From: Mobula hypostoma
Lineage: Eukaryota
Length of the DNA stretch: 64,000 nucleotides
Direction of reading: 5' to 3'
Assembly: GCF_963921235.1 (NCBI RefSeq)
Contig: NC_086097.1
Coordinates: 72,356,001-72,420,000 of the forward strand
In this document: positions 23,873 to 36,765 of the stretch, one piece after another
Position numbering within the stretch: the first letter of the stretch is position 1
How the letters are laid out: every line of letters begins with the position of its first letter
Position numbers and translations under genes: made by a program
Notes under the pieces: model-generated
The model's database searches: none
The model's input: only the letters and a program-made list of their open reading frames with translations
Told to the model about the DNA's origin: nothing

Positions 23873-23886
23873 AGATAAATAACGTT

Positions 23887-24997
23887 TCTCCTTCAAAGAA
23901 TGGGGTTTCCCTTCCTCCACCATTGATGCTGTCTTCACCAGCATCTCCTCTATTTCCTGGATATCCAAGTTCATCCTATCTTCCTGCTGCCTTGACATGG
24001 ATAGAGTTCCTCTTGTCCTTGCCTACCACCCAATGAGCCTCCGCATCCAACACATCATTCTCTGTAACTTCCGCCACCTTCAACGGGATCCTACTACCGA
24101 ACACATCAAGCACATCTTTACCTCCCCTACCCTACTCTTTGCTTTCTGCAAGGGTCACTCTCTCCATGATTATCTTGTCTGTTCATTCCTCCCCACAAGC
24201 TCCTACCTGGTACATATTCCTGAAAGCGACAGAAATGATATGCCTACCCATTCACCTCCTGGCTTGCCTCTATTCAAGGCCCCAATCATTCCTTCCAGAT
24301 GAGGCAATATGTTACCTCTGAATCTGTTGGGGTCATCTATTGTGTATGGTGCTCCTGATGGAGCCTCCTCTATATTGGTGAGACCCAACGTAAATTGGGA
24401 GACCACTTTGTCGAGCTCCTCTGCTCTGTCTGCCAAATGCAGAGTTTCCGGTAGCCAACCATTTTGATTCCTATTCCCATTCCTGTTCCATGGTTGATAC
24501 ATACCCTCCTCTTTTGTCATGCTGAGGCTACTCTCAGGGTGGAGGAGCAACACCTGATATTCCATCTACGTAGCCTCCAATCTGATAGCATGAACATCGA
24601 TTTCTCCTTCTGGTAATTATTTTTTCCCTCTCCCCTTTCCCTCTTTTTCTATTCCCCACTCTGGCCTCTTACTACTTCTCCTCACCTACTAATCACCTTC
24701 CCCTGGTGCCCTTCCTTCTTCCTTTTCTCCCATGGTCTACTCTCCTCTCCTATCATATTCTTCCTTCTTCAGACCTTTACCTTTCCCACCCACCTATCTT
24801 CACCTATTATCTTCCTTCCTCTCCTCTGTTTTTTATTCTGACATCTTCTCTCTTACTTTCCAATCCTGAAGAGGGATCTCAGCCAAAAATATTGACTGTT
24901 TATTCATTTCCATTGATGCTGCCTGACCTGTTGAGTTCCTCCAGCATTCTGTGTGTGTTACTCTGGATTTCCAGCATCTGCAGAATCTCTTGTATTT
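23887..24997 (+). mobile_element. Older PLE 3' fragment (RT thumb, GIY-YIG, 3' UTR)
   Basis: DRVPLVLAYHPMSLRIQHIILCNFRHLQRDPTT and GVIYCVWC..LLYIGET remnants, a decayed hammerhead at ~24862-24897, and the terminus TTTCCAGCATCTGCAGAATCTCTTG. Confidence 0.9.
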
Positions 24998-25784
24998 AAA
25001 ATAAATAAGATAAAATTTTAAGGCCGCATTTAATCTTGAAATAATTTATTTTTGGACCTAATTTTCTCAATATCAGTGTTATGGACATAAAACAGCTGTA
25101 ACATTTACTCTGTTCAAGAATGCTTATCGTTTAGAGCTGTTGTAAAATATAAATACAAAATGTCATTTTGGTCTACAAATTATTCACAAAATGGGATGTG
25201 CATCACCTTCTCTATAAAGTATAGAATAATTGTTAATGTTTTTTCAGCAATGTAATCTATAATATTTAATTTTCAAGTTGGTAAAGTACTATTTTTATGA
25301 TGGTTTGTTAGAGCTAAATAGTTGACTACATCTGTCAGCTGAGTGTTAGAAATAATGAATAGCTGCAGCCTTAGGTTTGTGTATTATAGCCATTGCATTA
25401 CCACCATTGCATACTTGGAAATGTTCTCCTTGGAAACTAATCTTAGGCTGCTGGATCCGAGAGCAATGAGTTTCATGTATTATCAAATGAATAATGAGAA
25501 GATATTCTCTCAAAATCTGGGGCAACAATTTTTCTTCAAATATAACACCTGAATTTTGCATGATTTGGAGGTGCAATTAACTGGAAAGTTCTCCAAAGCT
25601 TGCTAATTGTTTTAGCTATTTTATGATATAATTTACTAGTGGTTTCAATGCTATTTTTAGTAGTTAGCTGTATTTCATTTTAAAGACGTATTTACATTTT
25701 CTTGGTGTTATCGACCTCTGTAGGTCTACTTGTCCTGCACTCATTATGGCAAGGATAAGGTCCCCTGAGGTTTGCTTTAGAAAT

Positions 25785-26620
25785 ACTGAAAATGGAGTAG
25801 GCCATTCAGCCCCTGGAGCTGACTGAGATCATAGTTTATGTGACCTAGCTGAGTCCTTGGCCTCACATCCTCTAACACGTGTAGCCAGCAAAAGTTTATC
25901 CAGCATGTTTAAAATTGGTAATTGAGCTGTTATTTACTGCTTTTTGTAGGAGAAAAAAAAATTAGAATCTTAATCATTCTTTAAATTATTGCCTCTTATT
26001 TTCAAGTTGTATCCGCTTGACCTAGATTCTCCCATCAGCAGAAAATATTTTTTCTTCAACTGTGCTATCAATAGCATAAAACAGAACAAAATCTGCTGTC
26101 CATCCCCACTCCAGGGAATTTATCCGATATATGTCATTGGTCCTTTACTCACATAAATAACTTTTAGAGCTGTGGTAACATTTTTTTATACTTCTTAGCT
26201 CTTTCTAAGGTTGATTATGTTGCTTTCCAAGGTGAGGTTTCTGATGTTACCTACATGCTCAAAATCTGGTCTAACTCCAGCTTTCCATTGATGTTGCAAA
26301 ATGTTCTTTCCTTTGCATTTTAATAACAAACATTTATTTCACTACACTTAGTTTCCACCTTACATTTGTGGTCATACTCCTGTGGGCACCCGATTCTGTT
26401 TGGACTTGCACTGTTTCTGGTATTTCACCAATTACATATGTATTGCAAACTATTATTTTATTTAATCCAAAATTGATTACATTGTACTTATCTGTATTAA
26501 AATCTGGCCACCACAGGTTTGTACCCACACCTAATCAGTGACCCTGTAATTTCATGATCCTTTCTATGTTAGCTATTATATTGCAAATCTTAGTGCTGTG
26601 CATATTTGGCTAGATGGTTA
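25785..26620 (-). mobile_element. Very old CR1-type LINE fragment
   Basis: GGAGTAGGCCATTCAGCCCCTGGAGC (reverse complement of the CR1 3' stem-loop) and faint RT C-terminal remnants (WWPDFNTDKYNVINFG). Confidence 0.5.
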
Positions 26621-27376
26621 TCTGTATGGTGCTTTTATAATCCTTGGTAATTAATAAAACTATCATCTAGAACTTCCACTTTGATTGCTAAATATACATA
26701 TAGAAGTGACCATATATGGCAATCAGCTTCAAAAACTCCATTTCACCACAGCCTGAAGAATACATTCAGGAATACTATTCATTACTTGTTTAATACTACT
26801 GATCTAAAGATGAAGATCACCTATTCATGTTCAGTTGAGATTTCAGCATATATCCTTTTCTTGGTACTCATTCTCATTTCTCTTTTGCCACATCAAGCCA
26901 ATGAAAAAATCCCTTTAGTTTCATAGGCTGTAACTATAGACTCTGCTTCTGGACTGAGAAGCTCAGTGAAAATGATCTGCTAATTGGCCATGCAGTCGAG
27001 CTTGGTGACCACAAAGCTAATCATGATCGAGATCAGTTTTAGGCATAAAGTTTTTGTGTCTCTACAGTATGTTACATTCATTTCTTCTTTCTGGAGAGGG
27101 AACCCTGCTAGTTACTGTTGTAGTTATTGTCCTTGCTGCCTTTAAAAAAGACTGACTTTTGAGTGAATTGACTTTACTTTCCATACACTGTAGTCATCTG
27201 TATTGCCTTACCTTCAAATCATTGACTGACTGTGTTGTCAATAAATATTCTGTTGACTTTAATAAATAGTCTCTTCTGTGAAACTCTCTCACATACTCTC
27301 TGGAAGTCAATATAGTTTATATCTAGTGATATTTCTCTGACTGAAATATGATTTTAAAAAATCTAGAAATCTTGAC

Positions 27377-27510
27377 CAGAGTTGATGTTTTGGGTCAATG
27401 GCTTTTAATTGATCTGATAAAAGGTCATTGATCTGAAATATTAACTCTGTTTTTCTCTCTCCACAGACATCCCTTGACTTGCAGAGAATTTCTAGCACTT
27501 TATGTTTCTG
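27377..27510 (+). mobile_element. Old PLE-terminus fold-back insertion
   Basis: 27377-27407 (CAGAGTTGATGTTTTGGGTCAATGGCTTTTA) is an imperfect reverse complement of 27418-27449. The pivot sits at a decayed hammerhead (CTGATAAAAGGTCATTGATCTGAAATATTAAC). Confidence 0.6.
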
Positions 27511-28261
27511 AGTCAACCTCAGCACATCACTTCTTGTATTACCTTGAATTGTAGGTATACCCATCCCTGCCTATTCTCCTTAGTGCATTTTCTCCCATTG
27601 GTTCTCATCACTTGTGCATTGCCAGGGCGCACTGTAATGGTTACCATTAGCAATGAGTTTACATTAACTCTCTGAACATATGCCACTGGCCACTATCCCT
27701 TCTTGCAGAAGTAGAGAATCAGCCATCTTGTAACCGAGAGTGACAGAGGAAGAGATACTGAATATCAGTAGATTCACAGTGTATCTTCACAGCTACCTGA
27801 ACTTAAGTATCAGATTGCTGCTTTGCACACAACACGCACTCGTGTTGACATGATGTCAACAGGAAGTGAAATTTGTAATATCCTTACCATGATGGTTCTA
27901 ATTCATGCTTGGGCTTTACTGTAGGACCATCAGGTGCCCCATGGGAGATCATGCTGTCTATCAGCACCTCTTCATCAGTGCTCATCCGGTCCAAAGTGTA
28001 CTTCCATAAAGTTGTGATATAGCTCAGCTCAGAATTATTTAAATCATTGAGACTATTTAGACAGATAATTGGCATTTTACTTTCATCAGAACTTGGAAAA
28101 GGTAGAGGAATGCATGTGATAAGTTGGTAAGTTGGGGGCTAAGAGTAGTTGAATGACACTAGTATATGTGATGCCAACTGAGAAAAGGTAGTGAAGGCTT
28201 GTAAGTAGCAGCTGATATGTTCACTCTACCCCTCCCCCTTGTCAGAAACTTAAAACATGTT

Positions 28262-28410
28262 GATTTCTAATTTTTCCTAGTTCTGATGGAAGGTCGCCAA
28301 CTTGAAACATTAACTTTTTCTCTTTCCACAGATGCTGCCTGACCTGATATTTCCAGCATTTTCTGGTTTTATTTCAAATTTCCAGCAACTGCAAATTTTT
28401 TGGTTTTGGA
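28262..28410 (+). mobile_element. Old PLE 3'-terminal fragment
   Basis: AGTTCTGATGGAAGGTCGCCAACTTGAAACATTAACT...CACAGATGCTGCCTGACCTG...TTCCAGCAACTGCA. Confidence 0.65.
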
Positions 28411-30166
28411 TTCTCACTCTGGTGACCTGCTTATTACAAGTGAACAAGAGCAGTGTAACCAAGGCATGTCAGAAGGTGCAATTCTGTCCAGGCTTTACTT
28501 CACTGAACACTGGTGCTGTGCTCCAGAGACTACTGAATGTTGGATGTTCTCGCAGGCATCCTGGTGCAGCTGTGTGTGCTTGGAGAAAAATGAATGTGAA
28601 TCCCTCAAACACATATGGCATGAGGTCATAGGCCATTGCAGTATCTTAGACTGGGGATATGCAGACCTGAACCAATGTATTTAACACTATGAATGCCACC
28701 TTAAATAAGGTGCATGATATACCGAAAATTCTAAAGGCTTCCTAATGCTTTATACTTAAGTTATAAATTAATTTTCAAAAAACACACGGTAGGATAGCTA
28801 ATATATAATTCTGCATTTTCCCTGTCTCACTTTAAGTAAAAATAGATTCCAATTAAAAAAAAATCTAAATAATTTTGGAAGATGATAGTTGTGCAGCTAC
28901 ATTGTTTTCCTGACCTTTTTTAAAGTCATGGTATTGGGGATTAGTCACTTCCTCATTTCATTATTTTCTTTGCTGTTGTTAATTTACTTTAATTCTGGTG
29001 AATTCTTGTCTACAAGTTTCCATGGAATTTTTGGCATACACTTTCCTTTTCTGTAAGGGTACTCATGGATTAATTAACTTTTTTTCCATTTCTTTATTTT
29101 ACTTTTAGTGAAACTTCTATCACTTTTAAGGTTTATGTTGCTCCTGACTATACTATTTTTCCTAACACAACTGTAAGAAAAATCCACATTTATCTTTGAT
29201 ACTACTTGTAAATTGTCTTTAGAGTTCTCTTTCCATTACTCCTATTTTGTTATATTTATTGCAGTTCTTTGGTTTGTGTTAACTTTAATCCTTGGCTTTT
29301 ACTGCCTGTGTCTTTCTTTTCTGCCTGTGGATTTCATTTGGTGAGCTAAACAATTTCTCCTCAGAGAAGTAAGCTTGCTCTCTACCACATTAAGTGATTT
29401 GAAAACTTCCTCTTGGTGTTCTGTTACTGTATTTCATTAATGAGAAAAAATTATCTTGTGCAGTCTCTTTCTAATCATAGGGAGGTTACCTATATTTAGA
29501 ATCTTGATATCATTTTTGCAGTTTTAGATACATTGGATTTCAGTTAATAGGGACACATAGGGACCAGTATATTTTGCCCATTAAGCACCCCAATTAGCCA
29601 GAGTTTCATGGAAGTGGTTAAGATGGTATAAAAAAAGACAAACTACCATTTTAAGTGAGTAACAAATTATGCATTTAAATGAAATACAGAACAAATTATG
29701 ACACCACCACTACTACTATAGTACTGTATATGAGTTCTGACAGAGGAATTCATCCAATGTACACTACCATGTTCTTTCGATTAACTGTAAATGAACAAAA
29801 TCAGCAGACGGCTAGTGCAGAAAATGAACAGTCTGCATTGCCTTTATACATGGAATAGTGTAATCCACCAATAAATATCCTGGTGTCCTATGTAGTCACT
29901 AGATCAAGTTCAGATGTGTCAACTTCGTCACTTTCCTTGTCCTCCCACCTTGGTGTTTTGATAAAATGCTTTCAATGATTGCGTCCTCCAAAACTTCATT
30001 TTCATTGTAACATTCAAGATGATTGTCAAGACAATGGATTCTGGTTAATTAGTCTTTTGTTTAACTGGGGCAGCCACTTATTTGGGACAACTTTGAAATG
30101 AAGCGAATAGGGGTGGTTCCCTTTGTTTCTTTAGTACACTATGCAACTTTACAATAGATTATCATA

Positions 30167-30236
30167 CAGTACTGTGCAAAAGTCTTAGTCACATACTGAA
30201 TACAGCTGGGGTGCCTAAGACTTTTACACAGTATTG
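30167..30236. mobile_element. 70-bp Tc1/mariner-type MITE
   Basis: TIRs CAGTACTGTGCAAAAGTCTTAG and CTAAGACTTTTACACAGTATTG (2 mismatches), flanked by TA at 30165-66 and 30237-38. Confidence 0.8.
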
Positions 30237-30469
30237 TAGTAATTTTGTGTATTGCACTGTACTGCTACAAAGAAAAAAACAATTATCATGGGATGTGAGT
30301 GGTGATAAACCTGATTGTGATATGGGTCTCTATTGTGGATTGAGAGTGAGAAGGTGGGGATGGTGAGGGAAATCATGTTTGGGAAAGGGAGAGGAGAGGG
30401 AGCGGGAAGCATCAGACAGACATTCTGTAATGATCAATATTCTAACTGTTTGGAATCAAATGACAATCA

Positions 30470-31218
30470 ACAGAGAGCAGGGTTGAATGTAAAATGTTCA
30501 AATTGGCAGTATGTGGCTAGTGGTATTCCACAAGAACAGTGTTACAATTATTACAACTAAATCTCTTCTAAATTACTTAAGTTATGGGCAAAAACACATA
30601 TTCAAGTTTGCTTTGACAAATATTGATAGTAGAATATACTGTCTAGTAGAAAATGCTACATAAAATCAAGATTTTAATAGGTTAACCAAATAAAATTCAG
30701 TACAGGCAAATTGGAATATATTACCTCAGGTTTAAGTGCAATAAAGAGAAACATTTTCTAACTTCTGAAGAATTAGAAGCAATGGAAGTTCGTGCGCATA
30801 AACAATCAAAAATGCCAATGGAGCACTGAACTTGTATCTGGAGTACTAGATTACAAGAGAACAGAAACAATGCTACAATATAGCATACACCCGACTTGAC
30901 CATGGCTGGAATGTTGTGAGTTATCTTGGGAACTACCTGTTAGGAAGTGAACATTGGCCTTGGAAGGGGTGTATTGTAGATTCAATTGAATGAATCTGCA
31001 GACCAAAGTTAACATATTGCAAAGTAATTGTGCAGACTATTTGTATTCCTAGGCATTTACAAGGTTAAAGGACAATTTAATTGTCTGGAACGTACTAATA
31101 TGCTGTAATTCTACTGTTTGGAGAGTCAAAGGGCTAAAAGGTATTGTCTTAAAAAATGAGCAAACACTTTTACATTTATGGGTGGTAGACATTTAGACTT
31201 TATTTTTAGAATGCCAAT
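30470..31218 (+). mobile_element. Very old CR1-type LINE fragment
   Basis: Remnants of W..V.SG.PQ and KFA.DT, plus the later RP.LE.C block. Heavily decayed. Confidence 0.5.
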
Positions 31219-31233
31219 TGTAGGTTATTTGTT

Positions 31234-31592
31234 TCAGATCGAGACCCTTCGTCAGGACTAACTGAAGGAAGAGTTAGTAAGAGATTTGAGAGGGGGAAGG
31301 GGAGATCCAAAATGATAGGAGAAGACAGGAGGGGGAGGGATTGGGCCAAGAGCTGGACAGGTCTTGGCTCCATCCCTCCCCCCCGTCGTCTCCTATCATT
31401 TTGGATCTTCCTGTCCCCCTCCCACTTTCAAATCTCTTACTAACTCTTCCTTCAGTTAGTCCTGACAAAGGGTCTCGGCCTGAAACGTTGACTGTACCTC
31501 TTCCTAGAGATGCTGCCTGGCCTGCTGCGTTCACCAGCAACTTTGATGTGTGTTGCTTGAATTTCCAGCATCTGCAGAATTCCTGTTGTTTG
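31234..31592 (+). mobile_element. Non-coding PLE fold-back insertion (359 bp)
   Basis: Inverted arm ~31234-31355 against ~31362-31485, complete 3' terminus, 15-bp TSD TGTAGGTTATTTGTT at 31219-31233 and 31593-31607. The hammerhead at 31458-31493 has the core change CTGACAA and a GTT triplet. Confidence 0.92.
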
Positions 31593-31699
31593 TGTAGGTT
31601 ATTTGTTATTATTTTTGAAATTAGTCTTCATTAATGTACCTTGGGATCTGGAACAAAAGCAGTTGATTGATAAGTCAGCAATGATGCACCAGTGAGGGT

Positions 31700-34600
31700 A
31701 GAAACAGGATGATCTGGCAGATAAATATGTGGCTGAGAAGCTGGTGGAGGAGGCAGGACTTTAGGGTTTTGGATCATTGGCATCTCTTCTTGGGGAGGTA
31801 TGACCTATTCAAAAATGATGGGTTGCATCTGAACTCGAGTGGAAGAATATTCTCGCGGGCAGGTTTGTTAGAATTGTTGGAGAGGATTTAAACTAATTTG
31901 GCAGTGGGGTGGGAGTCAGAGTGGAGGGACTTGGGATGGGACAATGGTGAAAAAGCAAAGTTAACATGCAGTCAGATTGTTAGTAAAGGCAGGCAGATGG
32001 TGGGACAAAATTGCAGCCAGCAGGCTATCAGTGCAATAGGGATGCAGAATCAAAAAGGGGGTCAAATACAGTACTCAGTGTTATATCTTAATGCACTAAG
32101 AATAAGAAATAAGGTGGATGATCTTGTTGCACGATAACAGATTGTCAGGTATGATATTATCGCTGTGGCTGAAGTAAGGCTGTAGTTGGGAGCTGAATGT
32201 CCAAGGTTACACATTGCATCAGAGGAATAGGAAGGCAGGCAGAGGGGTGGCGTGGCTCTGCTGTTAAAGAATGGCATCAAATCAGTAGAAAGATGTGACA
32301 TAGGATTGGAAGATGTTGAATCCTTGAGGGTTGAGTTAAGAAACTTCAAGGATAAAACGACCCTGATGGCAGCTATATACAGGCCTCCCAACAGTAGCTA
32401 GGATGTGGACCTCAGATTACAACAGGAAATAGAACAGGTGTGTCAAAAGGACAATGTTATGATAATCATGGGATATTTCAACATGCAGATCGATTGGGGA
32501 ACATCGGGTTGGTAATGGATCTCAGATGAGTTTGTTGAATGCCTATGAGATGGCTTTATAGAGCAGCTTGTCATTCAGCCTACTAGGGTATCAGTGATAC
32601 TGGACTGGGTTTTATGTAATGAACCTGAGGCAATTAAGGAGCTTAAAGTAAAAGGACCCTTAGGAGGTCATGATCACAATATGATCAAATTCAACTTGAA
32701 ATTTGATAAGGAGAAAGTAAAGTCTGACTTAGCAGTATTTCAGTGGAGTAAAGGAAATTACAATGATATTAGAGAGGAGTTGGCCAAAGTAAGTTGGAAT
32801 GAGATGCTGACAGGGATGACAGCAGAACAACAATGGTGTGAGTTTCTGGGGAAAATGAGAAAGATACAGAATAGATGTATTCCAAAAACGAAGAAATACT
32901 GAAATGGCAAAATGATAAGGGAAGTCAAAGCTAATGTAAAAGCAAAAGACAGGACAGACAACAAAGCAAAATTAGCCGGAAGATAGACAATTGAGAAGGT
33001 TTTAAAAACCTACAGAGAACAATTAAAAGAATAATTTGCAGGGAAAAGATGAAATATGAAAGCAAGCTAGCAAACAATATCAAAGTAGATAGTAAAAACT
33101 ACTTTGAGAATGCAAACAAAAATAAGACAGATGAGAGTGGATATCGGACTGCTAGAAAATGAGGCCAAAGAAATAATAACTGGGGACAAGGAGATAGCAG
33201 ATGAGTATTTTGAGTATCTTGCATCAGTTTTCACGGTGGAAGGTACTAGCAGTGTGCCAGACATTGAATGGTGTGAGGGAAGAGAAGTGAGTGCAATTAC
33301 AATTACAAGGGAGAAAGTGCCCAAAAACTGAAAGACCTAAGAGTACAAAAGTCACCCTAGTGTTCTGTAAGAGGTAGTGGTAGAGATTATGGAGGCATTA
33401 GTAATGATCTTTCAAAAATCATTGGTCTCTGGAATGGTGCCAGTGGACTGGGAAATTGCAAATTTTACTCCACTCTTTAAGAAAGGGGGAAGGCAGCAGG
33501 AAAGAAATTATAGACCAGTTAGCCTGATCTCAGTGGTTGGGAAGAGTTGGAGTTAATTGTTAAGAATGAGGTTGTGGTGTACTTCGTGACACTGGACAAG
33601 ATGGGATAAAGTCAGCATGGTTACCTTAAAGAAAATCTTGCCTGACGAATCTGTTGGAATTCTTTGAGGAGATTACAAATAGGATAGATAAAGGGGATGT
33701 ACTGGGTGTTGTATGTTTAGACTTTCAGAAGGCCTTTGACAAAGTGCCACTTGTGAAGCTGCTTACAAAGTTAAGAGCCCATGGTATTACAGGAAAGCTA
33801 CTGGGGTTATACCGTTGGCTGATTGGTAGGAGGTAGTGAGTGGGAATACGAGGATCCTTTCTTGGTTGGCTGCCAGTGACCAGTGGTGTTCTGCAGGGGT
33901 CAGTGCTGGAACCACTTCGTTTTATGCTGTATATCAATGATTGAGATGATGGAGTAGATGGTTTTGTTGCCAAGTTTGCAGATGATACAAAGATTGGTGG
34001 AGGGGCAGGTAGCGTTGAGGAAACAGGAAGGCTGCAGAAGGGCTTCGACAGATTACGAGAATGGACAAAAAAGTGGTAAATGAAATACAATGCATGGTCA
34101 TGCCCTTTGATAGTAGAAAGAAATGTGCAGAATATTTTCTAAACGGAAAGAAAATCTGAAAAATCTGAGATGCAAAGTGACCTGGGAATTCTTGTGCAGA
34201 ACACCCTAAAGGTTAACTTGCAAATTGAGTGGGAAGGCAAATACAATGTTAATATTCATTTCAAGAGGTCTAGAATACAAGAGCAGGGATGTGATGCTGA
34301 GGCTTTGTGAGGCACTGGTGAGGCCTCACCTTGCGTGTTGTGAACAGTTTTGGGCTCCTCATCTAAGGAAAGATGTGCTGGCATTGGAGACAGTGCAGAG
34401 GGGGGTTCACAGAGATGATTCTGAGAATGAAAGGGTTATCGTAGGAGGAATGTTTGATGGCTCTGAGTCTGTACTTGCTGGAACTTAGAAAGATGAGGGG
34501 TGATCTTATTGAAACCTTAGGAATGTGGAAGGGCCTAGACAGAGTAGATGTGGAAAGGATGTTTCCCATGGTGGGGGAGACAGGACAAAAGGGCATAGCC

Positions 34601-34880
34601 TCAGGATAGAGAGGTGCCCATTTAAAACAGAGATGCAGAGAAGCTTCTTTAGCCAGATTGTGGTGAATTTGTGGAATTTGTCACCACAGGCAGCTGTGGA
34701 AGCCTGGTCATTGGGCTTATTTAAGGCAGAGATTGATAGGTTCTTGATTGACCATGGGATTGAAGGTTACAGGGAGAAGGTCAGGGAATGGGGCTGAGGA
34801 GGGGGGAAAAATGATTCAGCCAGGACTGAATGGCGGAGCAGACTTAATGGGCCAGATTCTGCTCCTATGTCTTATGGTCT
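31700..34880 (+). mobile_element. CR1-type LINE, long decayed copy (ORF1 esterase end, APE and RT)
   Basis: ORF1 SGNH-like DGLHLN, APE start SVLYLNALRIRNK and ILDWVLCNE, RT LDFQKAFDKVP / KFADDTK, and a 3' tail CTCCTATGTCTTATGGTCT. Many stops. Confidence 0.92.
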
Positions 34881-35808
34881 CATTGAATTCCATAACAGAC
34901 TGAATGAGACACATCCAATATTCCAAAACTGCCTATGCATTCTGCCATGGTATGCAGCAAAAGAATTAGCAGATTTTTGCTTTTAGGGAAATATAGTAGG
35001 CACTGTTTGTGGGAGGGGTGCAGGGTGGTGAGTTGGGCTATGCTGTTGAGACGTAGAAGTTGCCAAGACAAATTGTGGAAATGGATACTTGATTTCTACT
35101 TCTCACATTTTGTACAACATTTACTCTTCGTCTGTGATTAGGATACCACATGCTATGCTCAGAATCAGAATCGGGTTTATTATCACTGGCATGTGTCATG
35201 AAATTTGTTAACTTAGCAGCAGCAGTTCAATACAATACATAATATAGAAGAAAAAAAATAAATGAATCAATTACAGTATATATATATATTGAATAGATTA
35301 AAACTCATGCAAAAACAGAAATATACATTTAAAAAATGAGGTTGTATTCAAGGGTTCAATGTCCATTTAAGAATGCAATGGCAGAGGAGAAGAAGCTGTT
35401 CCTGAATCGCTGAGAGTATGCCTTTAGGCTTCTGTACCTCCTACCTGATGGTAACAGTGAGAAAAGGGGATGCCCTGGGAGCTGGAGGTCCTTAATAATG
35501 GACAGTATCTTTTTGAGACGCTGCTCCTTGAAGATGTCCTGGGTACTTTATAGGCTAGTACCCAAGATGGAGCCTACTAAATTTACTTTCAGTCCTGTGC
35601 AGTAGCCCCCCCCACCCAATACCAGACAGTGATGCAGCCTGTTAGAATGATCTCCACGGTACATCTATAGAAGTTTTAGAGTGTTCTTGTTGACATACCA
35701 AATCTCTTCAAACTCCTAATGAAGTATCGTCACCGTCTTGCCTTCTTTATAGCTGCATCGATATGTTGGGACCAGGTTAGGTCCTCGGAGATCTTGACAC
35801 CCAGGAAC

Positions 35809-36408
35809 GTTCCGTGCACCAGCCACTCTCTGAGTAAAAAAACCTTCCTCTAACATCCCCCTTGAACTTCCCACCCCTTACCTTAAAGCCATGTCCTCTT
35901 GTATTGAGCAGTGGTGCCCTGGGGAAGAGGCGCTGGCTATCCACTCTATCTATTCCTCTTATTATCTTGTACACCTCTATCATGTCTCTTCTCATCCTCC
36001 TTCTCTCCAAAGAGTAAAGTCCTAGCTCCCTTAATCTCTGATCATAATGCATACTTTCTAAACCAGGCAGCAATCTAGTAAATCTCCTCTGTACCCTTTC
36101 CAATGCTTCCACATCCTTCCTATAGTGAGGTGACCAGAACTGGACACAGTACTCCAAGTGTGGCCTAACCAGAGTTTTATAGAGCTGCATCATTACATCG
36201 CGGCTCTTAAACTCTATCCCTCGACTTATGAAAGCTAACACCCCATAAGCTTTCTTAACTACCGTATCCACCTGTGAGGCAACTTTCAGGGATCTGTGGA
36301 CATGTACCCCGATATCCCCCTGCTCCTCCACACTACCAACTATCCTGCCATTTACTTTGTACTCTGCCTTGGAGTTTGTCTTTCCAAAGTGTACAACCTC
36401 ACACTTCT
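35809..36408 (-). mobile_element. CR1-type LINE internal fragment lacking its 3' tail
   Basis: ORF 35777..36502: CEVVHFG...LYKTLVRPHLEYCVQFWSPHYRKDVEALERVQRRFTR...TRGHGFKVRGG. Confidence 0.9.
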
Positions 36409-36765
36409 CCGGGGGATAGATAGAGTTGACGTGGATAGGCTTTTTCCATTGAGAGTGGGGGAGATTCAAACAAGAGGACATGAGTTGAGCGTTAAAGGGC
36501 AAAAGTTTAGGGGTAACATGAGGGGGAACTTCTTTACTCAGAGAGTGGTGGCTGTGTGGAACGAGCTTCCAGCAGAAGTGGTTGAGGCAGGTTCGATGTT
36601 GTCATTTAAAGTTAAATTGGACAGCTATATGGACAGGAAAGGAATGGAGGGTTATGGGCTGAGTGCAGGTCGGTGGGACTAGGTGAGAGTAAGAGTTCGG
36701 CACAGACTAGAGGGGCCAAGATGGCCTGTTTCTGTGCTGTAATTGTTATATGGTTATATATGGTT
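36409..36765 (+). mobile_element. CR1-type LINE 3' end of a different subfamily
   Basis: RGIDRVDVDRLFPLRVGEIQTRGH...FFTQRVVAVWNELP, ending in a (TATATGGT)-like tail. Confidence 0.9.

Noticed and set aside
29529..30110. Possible pogo/Tigger-like transposon ends (CATTGGATTTCAGTTAAT, CAATGGATTCTGGTTAAT)
   Set aside because: The two similar ends are in the same orientation with no matching inverted end or TSD, which is too weak to call.
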